From Candidatus Bathyarchaeum tardum (GTDB taxonomy: Archaea > Thermoproteota > Bathyarchaeia > Bathyarchaeales > Bathyarchaeaceae): 64,000 nucleotides of DNA. Position numbers and translations under genes: made by a program. Each line of letters begins with the position of its first letter. Position 1 is the first letter of the stretch. Shown here in pieces: positions 1 through 10,159 of this stretch. The notes beneath the pieces were generated by a model. It had not been told where the DNA came from, did not search any database, and saw only the letters and a list, made by a program, of their open reading frames with translations. Location: positions 512,001-576,000 of the forward strand of contig CP122380.1 of assembly GCA_024650005.2 (NCBI GenBank), in the 5' to 3' direction.

Positions 1-423
1 GTCTGGCACAACGGAGTCAACAGGGGTTTGGCCAGCTTGATGATTATCAACACTGGTGGTCGAGACGTAGTCATCGACAAAATTAGCGTCCGAGGACAAG
101 AATGTGACTGGAACTCGTCAACCACCGACAAATTCGTCAATTCAGTTGTAACAACAAACACCATATCCGATGACTTAAACTACGTTCCTTTTTTCAATAG
201 GAATGGTTCAACCACTCCAGTCCTTATTGATGGTGGAACTTACAACTTTACCGTAGTACAACACGACCTGATCCTCAAATCCGGTTGGACTATGCTAGTC
301 TACATCGAAAACCCTGACAGCATTTCCATTAACGACATCGGTCTGACGGTATCTATCGAAATCTTCACTGCTCAAGCAATGTATTACAGGGAATCAAACG
401 TCAAAGCAGTTACGCCAACATAA
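1..423 (+). CDS. Type IV pilin/archaellin-like protein, 5'-truncated by window edge; paralog of the duplicated pilin
   Basis: Frame open from base 1 (VWHNGVNRGLASLMIINTGGRDVVIDKISVRGQ...). Shares NTGGRD-IDKISVRGQ and PDSISxNDIGLTV motifs with 780..1331. Confidence 0.75.
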   Translation, partial: VWHNGVNRGLASLMIINTGGRDVVIDKISVRGQECDWNSSTTDKFVNSVVTTNTISDDLNYVPFFNRNGSTTPVLIDGGTYNFTVVQHDLILKSGWTMLVYIENPDSISINDIGLTVSIEIFTAQAMYYRESNVKAVTPT

Positions 424-779
424 TAGCTTCCCCTACTTTTTTTTGGGGAACCCCTTTTTATCCAAACCAATAACAGCTTTTAAAACCATTTAAATGGAAA
501 TGTGCTGTGAATAATTTCATGTTTATGTATTATGCCTTTTTTAATCTTTAATAATTATGAATGCTAATTGATTGAAAAATGAATAAGATAAAAATGAACA
601 CAATTAAATGTAAATATAATATACGTTTAATCTTATTATTATTGATTCGTTAATTAAACCTACTCCCATTATGGCATTAAACTAGTTAAAAAATGAATGG
701 ATTATACAAAATGCGTCTTTTTTATGACGCACAAATTGTCTTATCGTTTTTTGATGTAGCTGGTTTTTGGAGATAAAAA

Positions 780-1331
780 ATGAGGGACTTACGAAGAAAT
801 CGTTTGGCTTTGAGTACTGTTGTTACAACGCTGATCATACTGGTAGTTTCAGTTTTGCTCGCTGGTGTCGTTTCGTACTTTGCTATCAACGTTACTAGCA
901 CTCGTGTCCAAGAAGAGTCTGTTCACATTACAAAACAGCATGTCTGGCACAACGGAGGTAATTCGTCACAGGCTGCTTTTATGTTGATTAACACTGGTGG
1001 TCGAGACCTAGTTATCGACAAAATTAGTGTCCGTGGACAAGCATCTGAATGGGACACTGTGTTCTATGTAGTAACCACTGATTCTATATCTGCTGACCTA
1101 CCCTACAACGCAACATTGAGTGACGGCGGGAACATAACAATCGGTAGCACTGAATACACTTTCAATGTTGCTGCTAGCGACATTACTCTTCGTTCTGGTT
1201 ACACTATCGTTGTCTACATTACTAGCCCTGACAGCATTTCTGTGAACGACATCGGCTTAACTGTTGGTATGACTGTTCACACATCGCAGGCAATGTATTA
1301 CAAAGAGTGCAACGTTCAAGCCACAGGATAA
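780..1331 (+). CDS. Putative major type IV pilin (class III signal peptide), copy 1
   Basis: Basic leader MRDLRRNRLA, then hydrophobic helix LSTVVTTLIILVVSVLLAGVV. GGAGA SD upstream. Lies upstream of ATPase/TadC genes. Confidence 0.8.
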   Translation: MRDLRRNRLALSTVVTTLIILVVSVLLAGVVSYFAINVTSTRVQEESVHITKQHVWHNGGNSSQAAFMLINTGGRDLVIDKISVRGQASEWDTVFYVVTTDSISADLPYNATLSDGGNITIGSTEYTFNVAASDITLRSGYTIVVYITSPDSISVNDIGLTVGMTVHTSQAMYYKECNVQATG

Positions 1332-1340
1332 ACGTCCTAA

Positions 1341-1378
1341 TTGGATGGAAACATCCAACCCTTTTTCTCTTTTTTTTG
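1341..1378 (+). terminator. Hairpin TTGGATG-GAAA-CATCCAA plus T-tract (second copy 2017..2051)
   Basis: Perfect 7-bp stem with GAAA tetraloop followed by a pyrimidine/T run after the pilin stop. Confidence 0.6.
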
Positions 1379-1455
1379 ACCGTTTAATGTGTAATTTATT
1401 GTACGCACAAATTGTCTTATCGTTTTTTGATGTAGCTGGTTTTTGGAGATAAAAA

Positions 1456-2007
1456 ATGAGGGACTTACGAAGAAATCGTTTGGCTTTGAGTACTGTTGTT
1501 ACAACGCTGATCATACTGGTAGTTTCAGTTTTGCTCGCTGGTGTCGTTTCGTACTTTGCTATCAACGTTACTAGCACTCGTGTCCAAGAAGAGTCTGTTC
1601 ACATTACAAAACAGCATGTCTGGCACAACGGAGGTAATTCGTCACAGGCTGCTTTTATGTTGATTAACACTGGTGGTCGAGACCTAGTTATCGACAAAAT
1701 TAGTGTCCGTGGACAAGCATCTGAATGGGACACTGTGTTCTATGTAGTAACCACTGATTCTATATCTGCTGACCTACCCTACAACGCAACATTGAGTGAC
1801 GGCGGGAACATAACAATCGGTAGCACTGAATACACTTTCAATGTTGCTGCTAGCGACATTACTCTTCGTTCTGGTTACACTATCGTTGTCTACATTACTA
1901 GCCCTGACAGCATTTCTGTGAACGACATCGGCTTAACTGTTGGTATGACTGTTCACACATCGCAGGCAATGTATTACAAAGAGTGCAACGTTCAAGCCAC
2001 AGGATAA
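1456..2007 (+). CDS. Putative major type IV pilin, copy 2 (identical to copy 1)
   Basis: Identical 183-aa translation. Confidence 0.8.
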   Translation: MRDLRRNRLALSTVVTTLIILVVSVLLAGVVSYFAINVTSTRVQEESVHITKQHVWHNGGNSSQAAFMLINTGGRDLVIDKISVRGQASEWDTVFYVVTTDSISADLPYNATLSDGGNITIGSTEYTFNVAASDITLRSGYTIVVYITSPDSISVNDIGLTVGMTVHTSQAMYYKECNVQATG

Positions 2008-2205
2008 ACGTCCTAATTGGATGGAAACATCCAACCCTTTTTCTCTTTTTTGATACTGACAATATGTAGTTGGACTATACGTACAAACCGTCTTTTAGTT
2101 CTCAAGCAAACATTGCTTTTTCTAGTAACATGTCACACAAGGAGAAAAACCAACAAAATGACCACCCACAAAAAACAACTTTCACCGATAGGAGTATTGC
2201 TGTAA

Positions 2206-3042
2206 ATGAATGCCAAGTGTGTTAAACAAAAGTTAACCCAATTTCGAATTTCCAAACGCGCTCTTGCTATTCCGATGACATTTCTTATGTTGTTCTTTTC
2301 ATTGTTTGCAATAATTTCAGTTACTTACTACTTTGCAGTTTCCAAAGTTAACGCTAACAGCCAAGTCCTTAACGTTTCAACTGCAAAACAAAACATGAAC
2401 GTTCTAGAACAAACCTTAGACTATGTAATCTGGCACGCTGGATCTTCAAAAAGCTGTGAAGTTAACGACTGCGGAGGAACGCTGAAAACTGTGCCTTCTT
2501 CAAACCTGCTGACAATAAACGTTACTAACGGTGTTTTCTCTGAGGTAATTTTCAATTCTTCAATTGGAGGAGTCATCTATGAACTGCCTTTTTCTCAAAC
2601 AAGTGATACTGGACTGTATCTGAAAGGCACAAGCCAGGTAGTAGAAAATAAAAGCGGAGCAGTAGTAGCCCAACTTTATATAGAACAAGGAGACGAACGC
2701 CCTGAAATCTTGCTTCGGTATCGTCCCATTGTTTCTTCAGTTACTGGTGGAACAGAAAACAACAAACCAGTAACTAACGTGCGCATCTATGTTGTGAACC
2801 TTAACTCGTCACAAAACATCCAGTTAATGGGAAAAATTCCAATAATAGCTTCATGCGAAAGCACTGAAATCCTTGTCAACAATTATGACTTGGCGTATTC
2901 ATCCAACTCCTTGACTGTTCACGTTAGTTTAGACGAACGTAACGGTGAAGTTTCTGTTCCCATTTCAAGCAATGCCAATGGTGCAATAATCAATCTCGAG
3001 TTGGTTATATCCAACACCAAACTCGAACGGGGGTTACGTTAA
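2206..3042 (+). CDS. Minor pilin-like protein
   Basis: SKRA|LAIPMTFLMLFFSLFAII class III-like signal peptide, within pilus operon. Confidence 0.65.
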   Translation: MNAKCVKQKLTQFRISKRALAIPMTFLMLFFSLFAIISVTYYFAVSKVNANSQVLNVSTAKQNMNVLEQTLDYVIWHAGSSKSCEVNDCGGTLKTVPSSNLLTINVTNGVFSEVIFNSSIGGVIYELPFSQTSDTGLYLKGTSQVVENKSGAVVAQLYIEQGDERPEILLRYRPIVSSVTGGTENNKPVTNVRIYVVNLNSSQNIQLMGKIPIIASCESTEILVNNYDLAYSSNSLTVHVSLDERNGEVSVPISSNANGAIINLELVISNTKLERGLR

Positions 3043-3043
3043 C

Positions 3044-3490
3044 ATGCCATCAATCATTCCCAGTTATGTGTACACATTTTTTGCATTGACTATCATGGGT
3101 ACACTGTTAATTTGTGCATTTGCCAGTTTTTCTGTCTCAGTTAAACAGGATGTAGAAATTGAACAACTAAAAAATTTGCTGCAACATGTAGCAGCAGAAA
3201 GCTGTGAGCTTATTTCAACAACAACCTCCAACAATTCTACAGCTACTTTACGTTTGTCCATGCCATCAAATCTATGTGAAAAAAGTTACTGGTTACAATT
3301 CAGAAATGATTCCTCTCACGCTTGGGTTGAAGGAGGACTCGCAAGCACGCCAGTAGAAACCAGTCTGAAAATCTATGTTCCTGGAACAGTAACAGCTTCT
3401 GGATTATACAAAAGCGGTTACGGTTTCGCCGAACTAAGATGCGAACTTCAAGAAGGCACTGTTTTTTTGAATCTGTCGGAGGCGTCATAA
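3044..3490 (+). CDS. Pilus-associated membrane-anchored protein (minor pilin-like)
   Basis: N-terminal TM helix, tight operon coupling. Confidence 0.55.
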   Translation: MPSIIPSYVYTFFALTIMGTLLICAFASFSVSVKQDVEIEQLKNLLQHVAAESCELISTTTSNNSTATLRLSMPSNLCEKSYWLQFRNDSSHAWVEGGLASTPVETSLKIYVPGTVTASGLYKSGYGFAELRCELQEGTVFLNLSEAS

Positions 3491-5086
3491 TTGAAACGTG
3501 GAAAAAAGAAGAATAAAATAGAAGTAAAAGAGACAGTATCGACAGAAGACTTGATCAGCGACCTTAGACTTCTTCGAGGAGGAACACCCGAAGGTTACAT
3601 TGAACTAGAAAGTTATCCTTTGAATCCTCCTTTTGCTTATGCTTATATTGCTCAAAACAAAGAAACCGCTGAGTACCTTTTTATTGCTGATGAGCTTCCC
3701 TTGTCCTCTGACGAACGGAAAGCTTTCAAACAGTTGAAAAACATTTTAGGTTACGAATTAAAAGCTCCTGAACCCGAAGAAACTTTGGTGGATTCTTTCC
3801 ATAAACAGCTTCCAGAAATATTGGATAAACACCAGAAACTTCTTGGTGGTGTAACAGAAATTGGATTTCGCAAAATAGGATACTATCTTGAACGTGACAT
3901 GGTCGGATACGGGAAAATCGATCCCTTCATGCATGACCCCTATGTTGAAGACATCAGCTGCACTGGAATTAACAAACCAATTTACTTATGGCACCGAAAA
4001 TATGAAAACATAAAAACTAGTGTCATCTTCCTCGAACATGATGAACTTGACGATTTTGTCATGAAAATCGTTCACCGCGCAGGAAAACACGTCAGTATCG
4101 CTTTTCCAATTGTAGACCTTACCCTTCCAAACAAACACCGTTTGGCAGTAACTTTTGGCAAAGAAACAACTCCCGCTGGAACAAGTTTCACTATCCGGAA
4201 ATTCCGAGAAGACCCTCTTACAATAATTGACCTAATAGAAAACGAAACCATCGACGAAAACATTGCTGCTTATCTTTGGTTGTTAATGGACAACAAAATG
4301 TCGGTAATGATTGCCGGAGCAACAGGAGCTGGAAAAACTACTGCTTTGAATGCTATTGCTTGTTTGACTAATCCTGAATACAAGATGATTTCAGTTGAAG
4401 AAGTTGCAGAAATTAATTTAACCCATGAAAACTGGACTTCAACAATTGGCAGACCCGGATTTGGAAGCGAACGCCAAGGAGAAATCACCCTATATGATTT
4501 GATTAAATCTGCTGTGAGACACCGACCTGACATGATTCTGGTAGGCGAAATTAGAGGTGAAGAAGCATACGTTCTGTTTCAAGCTTTGGCAACTGGTCAC
4601 GGTGGCTTGTGTACTACCCATGCCGACGAGATTGAAACAACTCTTAAGCGTTTAACTCAGCCACCAATGAACATTCCTCCTGCAATTCTGCCTTTGATGA
4701 ACTGCATGATTATTGCGAAACGCGTTAAGGCTCCAGCGTTTTTGGATGAACCAACCCGCAGATTTGCTTCTAGAAAATTTGTTCACATTGCTGAAATCAA
4801 AGATGCTGACACCATTCAAACGGCTTTTCGTTGGAACCCTTCTATGGATACTTTTCAGGATGAACTTGAAGGAAGTTACCTATTATCTAGAATCGCTAAG
4901 GACTTAGATGTCCCCTTAGAAAAAGTGTACAAAGAACTCGAAAATCGAAAACAATTATTGCTGGCAATGGCTGAACGTGGAATTCGTGATTTCCGAAGTG
5001 TAAGCGTAGTCTTGAGCAGATACACCAAGGACCCCAGTTCAGTATTAGAAGAATTTGTTGAAAAAGATTCAGGATGGGTTCTTTAA
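3491..5086 (+). CDS. Type II/IV secretion system ATPase (PilB/TadA/ArlI family)
   Basis: Walker A GATGAGKTT, RHRPDMILVGEIRG, His box GHGGLCTTHA. Confidence 0.93.
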   Translation: MKRGKKKNKIEVKETVSTEDLISDLRLLRGGTPEGYIELESYPLNPPFAYAYIAQNKETAEYLFIADELPLSSDERKAFKQLKNILGYELKAPEPEETLVDSFHKQLPEILDKHQKLLGGVTEIGFRKIGYYLERDMVGYGKIDPFMHDPYVEDISCTGINKPIYLWHRKYENIKTSVIFLEHDELDDFVMKIVHRAGKHVSIAFPIVDLTLPNKHRLAVTFGKETTPAGTSFTIRKFREDPLTIIDLIENETIDENIAAYLWLLMDNKMSVMIAGATGAGKTTALNAIACLTNPEYKMISVEEVAEINLTHENWTSTIGRPGFGSERQGEITLYDLIKSAVRHRPDMILVGEIRGEEAYVLFQALATGHGGLCTTHADEIETTLKRLTQPPMNIPPAILPLMNCMIIAKRVKAPAFLDEPTRRFASRKFVHIAEIKDADTIQTAFRWNPSMDTFQDELEGSYLLSRIAKDLDVPLEKVYKELENRKQLLLAMAERGIRDFRSVSVVLSRYTKDPSSVLEEFVEKDSGWVL

Positions 5087-5087
5087 A

Positions 5088-6590
5088 ATGTCTGAAACCC
5101 AAACTTTTTTCCAAAAATTAAAGGCGCGAATTGCTGAAGAAACTAGCGAAAAGAAAGAAGAAATCGATCGAGAATTGCCTTTTGTTGTTATGCTTTTTGC
5201 TTTGCTATCTACTAGCGGAGTTTCGTTATATGACAGCTGGAAACGGTTACGTAAAATGAATCTGTTGCCTAGGTTTCAAGAAGAAGCAGAAGAACTTGTG
5301 CGGCAAGTTGAGGTTCTGGGAAAAGACCCTTTAACTGCAATGTATGAACTCGGAGAAAAAACTGGTTCCAAAGCGTATCGAGATTTTCTTGGCGGATTTG
5401 TTTCAACCATAAAAAGTGGAGGAAAAATCAGTGATTACATGCAAAGCAAACTAAGAGTAATCTTTGAGTTACGAAACAAAGAAATGACCCGTTCCACCGA
5501 AAAAATTGCTACCTTAGTCGAAAGTTACTCGGTCATGTTGATACTAATTCTTTGTATTTACATCCTTTACTCCTTGTTGACTTCTTCAACTTCAATGGAG
5601 CAAATAACTGGAATGAATATTTCTTCGTCACCTCTGATGACGTTTATAATCGCATTTGTTGCGGTTCCCACAATCTCTTTGCTATTTCTGCTTGTAGCAA
5701 ACAACATGCACAAAAGCACAATGCTTAACCTAACATCAGTATACAAAAAAACAATCATTTCCATGGCAGCAGCAACTGGTGTAATGGTTGCTTTCGTTTT
5801 TGTTCCAGGGCTATCTGAAATAGGTACTTCTATAGGGCTTTCGCTTTTATTGACGGTATTCCTTGTAATTGGGGTATTACCTGGAATTGTTGAATACTAC
5901 AAGCTTGCACGAATAAACTACAATGCTGAAGCGTCTTTGCCAAGTTTTCTTAGAGATATAACAGAATCCCAGAAAACTGGAATTTCCCCTGAAAAAAGCA
6001 TAATTCATGCCACCAAGCGTCGAGATTATGGGCTGTTTTCTCAGTTTTTACATTTGATTCGTAGCCAGATTGAATGGGGCGTCTCCCTGAAAGAAATTTT
6101 TAGAAACATTAAACAAAAAATCAGTAGTTGGCCTGTTTTGGTAAACTTCATGATGATGGTTGAAACCATCGAAGTAGGTGGCGGCTCAGTAAGGTCCTTG
6201 GAGATTCTTTCCGAATACAGTGAAAAAGAACTGGAGTCTCAAATAAACAAGCGTGCTTTGCTTAAACCATATGTCATTTTGGCGTTTGTTTGGAGTGTAC
6301 TCATTGCCTTAACTACCAACATTATAACCGTGACAATGTTTGTTTTGAACCAGTTTGCAAGTGCAAGCGGTACCCAAATATTATCTGCGGCAATGGCTGA
6401 AGACAGTGGAATTTTGTCTTTAGGAATCATTTTCCAGTGCTGGCTTTCAGGGTTGTTCATGGGAAAAATCAGTGAAGGAAACATAGCTGCAGGTCTTAAA
6501 TATTCAGCAATTCTCACAATAACTGCTTACATATCATTGATTGTTTCACAGGACCTTTTGGCAGATCTTTTCGGAGTTGTAACATTCTAG
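5088..6590 (+). CDS. Type II secretion F-domain membrane platform protein (TadC/PilC/ArlJ family)
   Basis: Two T2SF-like halves (IDRELPF.., LPSFLRDITE), multiple TMs, follows ATPase. ATG at 5088 preferred. Confidence 0.88.
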   Translation: MSETQTFFQKLKARIAEETSEKKEEIDRELPFVVMLFALLSTSGVSLYDSWKRLRKMNLLPRFQEEAEELVRQVEVLGKDPLTAMYELGEKTGSKAYRDFLGGFVSTIKSGGKISDYMQSKLRVIFELRNKEMTRSTEKIATLVESYSVMLILILCIYILYSLLTSSTSMEQITGMNISSSPLMTFIIAFVAVPTISLLFLLVANNMHKSTMLNLTSVYKKTIISMAAATGVMVAFVFVPGLSEIGTSIGLSLLLTVFLVIGVLPGIVEYYKLARINYNAEASLPSFLRDITESQKTGISPEKSIIHATKRRDYGLFSQFLHLIRSQIEWGVSLKEIFRNIKQKISSWPVLVNFMMMVETIEVGGGSVRSLEILSEYSEKELESQINKRALLKPYVILAFVWSVLIALTTNIITVTMFVLNQFASASGTQILSAAMAEDSGILSLGIIFQCWLSGLFMGKISEGNIAAGLKYSAILTITAYISLIVSQDLLADLFGVVTF

Positions 6591-6611
6591 ATCAGTGAGG
6601 TGACCAGTGAT

Positions 6612-7655
6612 ATGCCTGCAAACTCCATTGACACATTCTTTGCTTGCATTCTCATCATAATGGTGGTGATAATGTCCATGGTCTTCACCACAAACTTAGT
6701 ATCACCACACTTGAATGCTCTCGAGGGTGTAAATGAAGAAGAATATCTGCGAAAAATTGTTGATCATGCGATAGTTAACTGTGGCAGTCCTGCTAATTGG
6801 GGTGAAAACCCAAGCATAATTCCAGAATCTTTTGGTTTAGGCAAAGACGGCTCATTCAGTTACGAGCTTGATTTAGATAAAGTTTCTCGACTTAACACCC
6901 AAAACGTGTACTCTTTGAGTTATTTGGAAATGCTTCGATCCTTGAGGCTACAAAATGTTGCTCTCAATTTTGTTTTTTCACAAATACTTGATGTTTCAAT
7001 AGTTTTGGATTCAAGCGTAACCGTCGGTGCTTCAACTACATATGCTTTTAATATATCGGTAAGCCAAAACCAAGCCCCAAATGCTGCAAATTTGAAATGT
7101 TACTTGATTGCCAATAATTTTCTTGACGAAACAACGTCTAGCATTTCAATCAACGATCAAGGAACCGTCGAATTTGAAGTTCCGAACGATTCCAACGGAC
7201 CAGCAATGCTTGTTGTTTTTGCGCGGTCAACTGATGACAACAGGTTGACTTCTCAGGGTGTCTATTGTTTTGGTCATTTATCGCCGGAGCCTGCAGTGAA
7301 TAATTCTTTTCTGGGGTTAAGTCCCCTTAATCAAACTCTGTATGTACACCTTAATGTTTCTGAAGTTTCGTTGGAGTCAGTTTATTCGTTTTCTTATGGT
7401 TACAAGACTGAGTTATCTGCATTTTCCAACGAGACTTATTCTGTTCCTCGTTTTTTGGGTTCTAGCCCGCAAGTGTTGGTTGTAACTGGATGGAATGGTT
7501 CAGATTTCTTTATTGAATATACGACTTATCCACAGGTTCCCTTAGAGATTGGTTCCAGATTTGAAGGTGCAGAGTGTTTCTCGTTTAGTTATGTTGTAAC
7601 GATAAACCACGTTTTGTATAAGCTTACAGTAAAGTCCGGAGGTCCAAGCTTTTGA
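6612..7655 (+). CDS. Pilus-associated membrane-anchored protein
   Basis: N-terminal TM, GSPANWG motif. GAGGTGA SD precedes ATG 6612. Confidence 0.55.
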   Translation: MPANSIDTFFACILIIMVVIMSMVFTTNLVSPHLNALEGVNEEEYLRKIVDHAIVNCGSPANWGENPSIIPESFGLGKDGSFSYELDLDKVSRLNTQNVYSLSYLEMLRSLRLQNVALNFVFSQILDVSIVLDSSVTVGASTTYAFNISVSQNQAPNAANLKCYLIANNFLDETTSSISINDQGTVEFEVPNDSNGPAMLVVFARSTDDNRLTSQGVYCFGHLSPEPAVNNSFLGLSPLNQTLYVHLNVSEVSLESVYSFSYGYKTELSAFSNETYSVPRFLGSSPQVLVVTGWNGSDFFIEYTTYPQVPLEIGSRFEGAECFSFSYVVTINHVLYKLTVKSGGPSF

Positions 7656-8077
7656 ATTTCAAAGACGACAAACGTGGAATGGTACGGGTAATTGAATCCT
7701 TTTTAGCATCTCTTTTGATACTTTCCACTTTGGCTTTGGTTCCTTCTCAGTTGGGGGTTGGGTCTACTCATTATAGTACTTTGAGTTCTGAGGGGACTCA
7801 AGTTTTAGTTTCTTTAGACAGTAACGGGTTTTTGTCTAAACTAATTGAAGATGGCAACTGGACGTCTTTGACTAATTGCCTAAAATCTATGCTTCCTGTG
7901 AGTTTGTGGTTTAATGTTACAGTGTTTGACGAGAACATGGATGTTTTGAACGATGTTTTTGTTTCTAATGGAAGCCCAGTAAGCGATGACATGGTTGCTG
8001 TTAACTATGTGTGTGCAGCCTCGGCTGGAACCTTTGCTGTTTATTTGGTTCGGTTGCAATTGGCGGAGGTTAGCTGA
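7652..8077 (+). CDS. Minor pilin-like protein
   Basis: DDKRG|MVRVIESFLASLLIL class III signal peptide. Confidence 0.65.
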   Translation: MNFKDDKRGMVRVIESFLASLLILSTLALVPSQLGVGSTHYSTLSSEGTQVLVSLDSNGFLSKLIEDGNWTSLTNCLKSMLPVSLWFNVTVFDENMDVLNDVFVSNGSPVSDDMVAVNYVCAASAGTFAVYLVRLQLAEVS

Positions 8078-8081
8078 CAGG

Positions 8082-8861
8082 ATGACCAAGGATCGTTCTA
8101 GTCGCAATAATTCTGGGCAGTCTTTAATAATTGCTGCCCTGGTTGTGTCGTTGTTGATAATTTCCATATTTTATAGCGTTTTTGAAGCAAACCGAACAAA
8201 TGAATCCCGTGCTTCGAAAACCTTGAACAGTCATGTTTCAGCTGTAAAATTAGGGCTACAAAACACTGTTACCAGTGCCTTAGTGAATGCTTCAAATGGG
8301 GGTTCAACACAGGCTCTTATAACAAACTTAGAAAGATACGCCTCTTTTGTGGGAACTCAGTTGCACTTTGGGAAATGTGTTACATTGTTTACTGTTTTAG
8401 ATTCTTTAACCTATCAATCTGGCATCCAATTATCTTGGGGATCGGATGGAACAGGAGTTTCTAGTGCATATGCAAACTCAACTTTGTATTTTGTTGACGC
8501 TGAATCAGAACTTCAACTAGAAACTGTAACCAACATAACAACAAGTGTCACCCTTGAAGGAACTTACATTACTTTGGGGGAGACCGAAAAACAAGTAAAC
8601 GTAACTTGTAGACTTTTTAATGAAAACGAATCTGTTTTGGCAAAAAGCATTGCTATCTATTATGAATACGATGGTGAACCGTCAGACCAAAATTGGATTG
8701 CTGCTAATTCGCCAACTGTATTTGATTATGGAAATGGAACTTATGTGATATCTTTTATTGCTGTTACTCAAACAAGAAATGACCCAGTTTTAGTTTCAGC
8801 CCAGATTTTCGACCATCGAGACGTTTTTGTCTTGGCCAATGTTACCTGCACTGAAACTTAA
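8082..8861 (+). CDS. Minor pilin-like protein
   Basis: RNNSG|QSLIIAALVVSLLII signal. GGAGGT SD before ATG 8082. Confidence 0.6.
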   Translation: MTKDRSSRNNSGQSLIIAALVVSLLIISIFYSVFEANRTNESRASKTLNSHVSAVKLGLQNTVTSALVNASNGGSTQALITNLERYASFVGTQLHFGKCVTLFTVLDSLTYQSGIQLSWGSDGTGVSSAYANSTLYFVDAESELQLETVTNITTSVTLEGTYITLGETEKQVNVTCRLFNENESVLAKSIAIYYEYDGEPSDQNWIAANSPTVFDYGNGTYVISFIAVTQTRNDPVLVSAQIFDHRDVFVLANVTCTET

Positions 8862-8887
8862 ACTTGCTGGACGAATTTGGTTGTATG

Positions 8888-9838
8888 TTATGCTTTTTTC
8901 TTGATTATCATTACTTCTTTGAGTAGGTTAGCATCTAGGGTTGTTTTTGTATTCCAAAGGTTCACGAACAGCAGGTTCAGGGCTTTGATGAAAGTGTTAT
9001 AATTTGTCCAAAGGAAAGAAGTTTTTTCTTTCTTTTTTCGCATTGTGGTGTCTTGTTTTTCATTTTCGTCCTTTATGGAAAATAAAGTTTCTTGTTGGTC
9101 AGATACAATGAAGCTTGGCAAATCTTCAGGTTTTACGTGGACATATTTTACGTTGTTTAGTTTCATTTTTTCTGTGATGAATCGGCTTTTTGAAGAGCTG
9201 TTAGTCATAAGCATGACTTTGATTTTCTTTTTTGCAATTTTTTCTAATTCATCAGTAAAACCAGAATGGTAAAGTCTTCCGAGTTCTTGGTCTGAAGCTA
9301 CTACACAGATTTCTTTTTTTGTTCTGTCGGCGATTTCGTTTGCTTTTAGTATTAATTGTTCTTCTCCTTCTAATATTTGGAAAACTTCTTTGGTTTCTTT
9401 TTTTTCTTTGTGCTGTGGAACAGATGCCCAAAGGTCAACTAGATTTTGTTTTTTTCGTTCAAGCATTTCAACGCTTAGTTTTTTGGTGTTTACTAGGATG
9501 TCGTATGCTTCTTCGAAGGGGGTTGCGGTGAATTTGATTGGTTTTTCTAGTAAACATGAGATGAGTCCCCGTTTTTCTAGATCTCGAAGTATTCTGTAGG
9601 TTTCTGTTCTGTGCAAGCTAAGTGCATCAGATATTTTTCGAGCTTTTTGCACTCCTGACCTTGCCAGATGTAGATAAACTCTGATTTCGTTTCGTGAAAG
9701 ATCAAATTGGAGAAATATTTTTTCGATGTCTGCGATGACATCAAAGGGTTGTTTTTCTTTTGTGAGAAGCTGCCAAACTGGGGCATTTTCACCGTATAGT
9801 TTGCCAGAGTTTTTGGTTTTTTGTTTCAATGATTCCAT
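8888..9838 (-). CDS. TrmB-family transcriptional regulator
   Basis: LSRNEIRVYLHL..ARKISDALSLHRTETYRILRDLEKRGL wHTH plus C-terminal effector domain. Confidence 0.85.
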   Translation of the reverse strand: MESLKQKTKNSGKLYGENAPVWQLLTKEKQPFDVIADIEKIFLQFDLSRNEIRVYLHLARSGVQKARKISDALSLHRTETYRILRDLEKRGLISCLLEKPIKFTATPFEEAYDILVNTKKLSVEMLERKKQNLVDLWASVPQHKEKKETKEVFQILEGEEQLILKANEIADRTKKEICVVASDQELGRLYHSGFTDELEKIAKKKIKVMLMTNSSSKSRFITEKMKLNNVKYVHVKPEDLPSFIVSDQQETLFSIKDENEKQDTTMRKKKEKTSFLWTNYNTFIKALNLLFVNLWNTKTTLDANLLKEVMIIKKKA

Positions 9839-10159
9839 TGTTTTCCGACCTGATTTTAGTTCAAATCTAAAATCGATGTTTGCTGGAAATCCATTTAAGC
9901 CCTATGAATATGAACTCTGAATCAGTACTCAATATTCATATTCGGAATTCGAATCTAAAGTAAATATTTGTGCTTTTTCTTTTACTTATTTATTCAAACA
10001 GTAATGTCAAGACCCTATTTTGCATGCGTACATAAAATCGGCGACAGACATCAATAATGAAAATATAAGGAACCTTTTGAGCTTGTTTACGGTCTTGGAA
10101 AATATTATTTCGGATTATTTTTCCGCGAAATAGTTATCTGGAAGATTAAGATATAGTAT

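Larger units (their letters stand above)
727..2053 (+). repeat. Direct tandem repeat of ~650 bp (727..~1379 and 1403..~2053), period 676 bp
   Basis: Copies look identical from ACGCACAAATTGTC through leader, CDS and terminator. They differ only in T-tract length and are separated by ~23 unique bp. Confidence 0.95.

Noticed and set aside
1-8861. Archaellum (arl/fla) operon
   Set aside because: No ArlH, ArlF/G or chemotaxis genes are visible, so a type IV pilus fits better. The upstream flank is outside the window.
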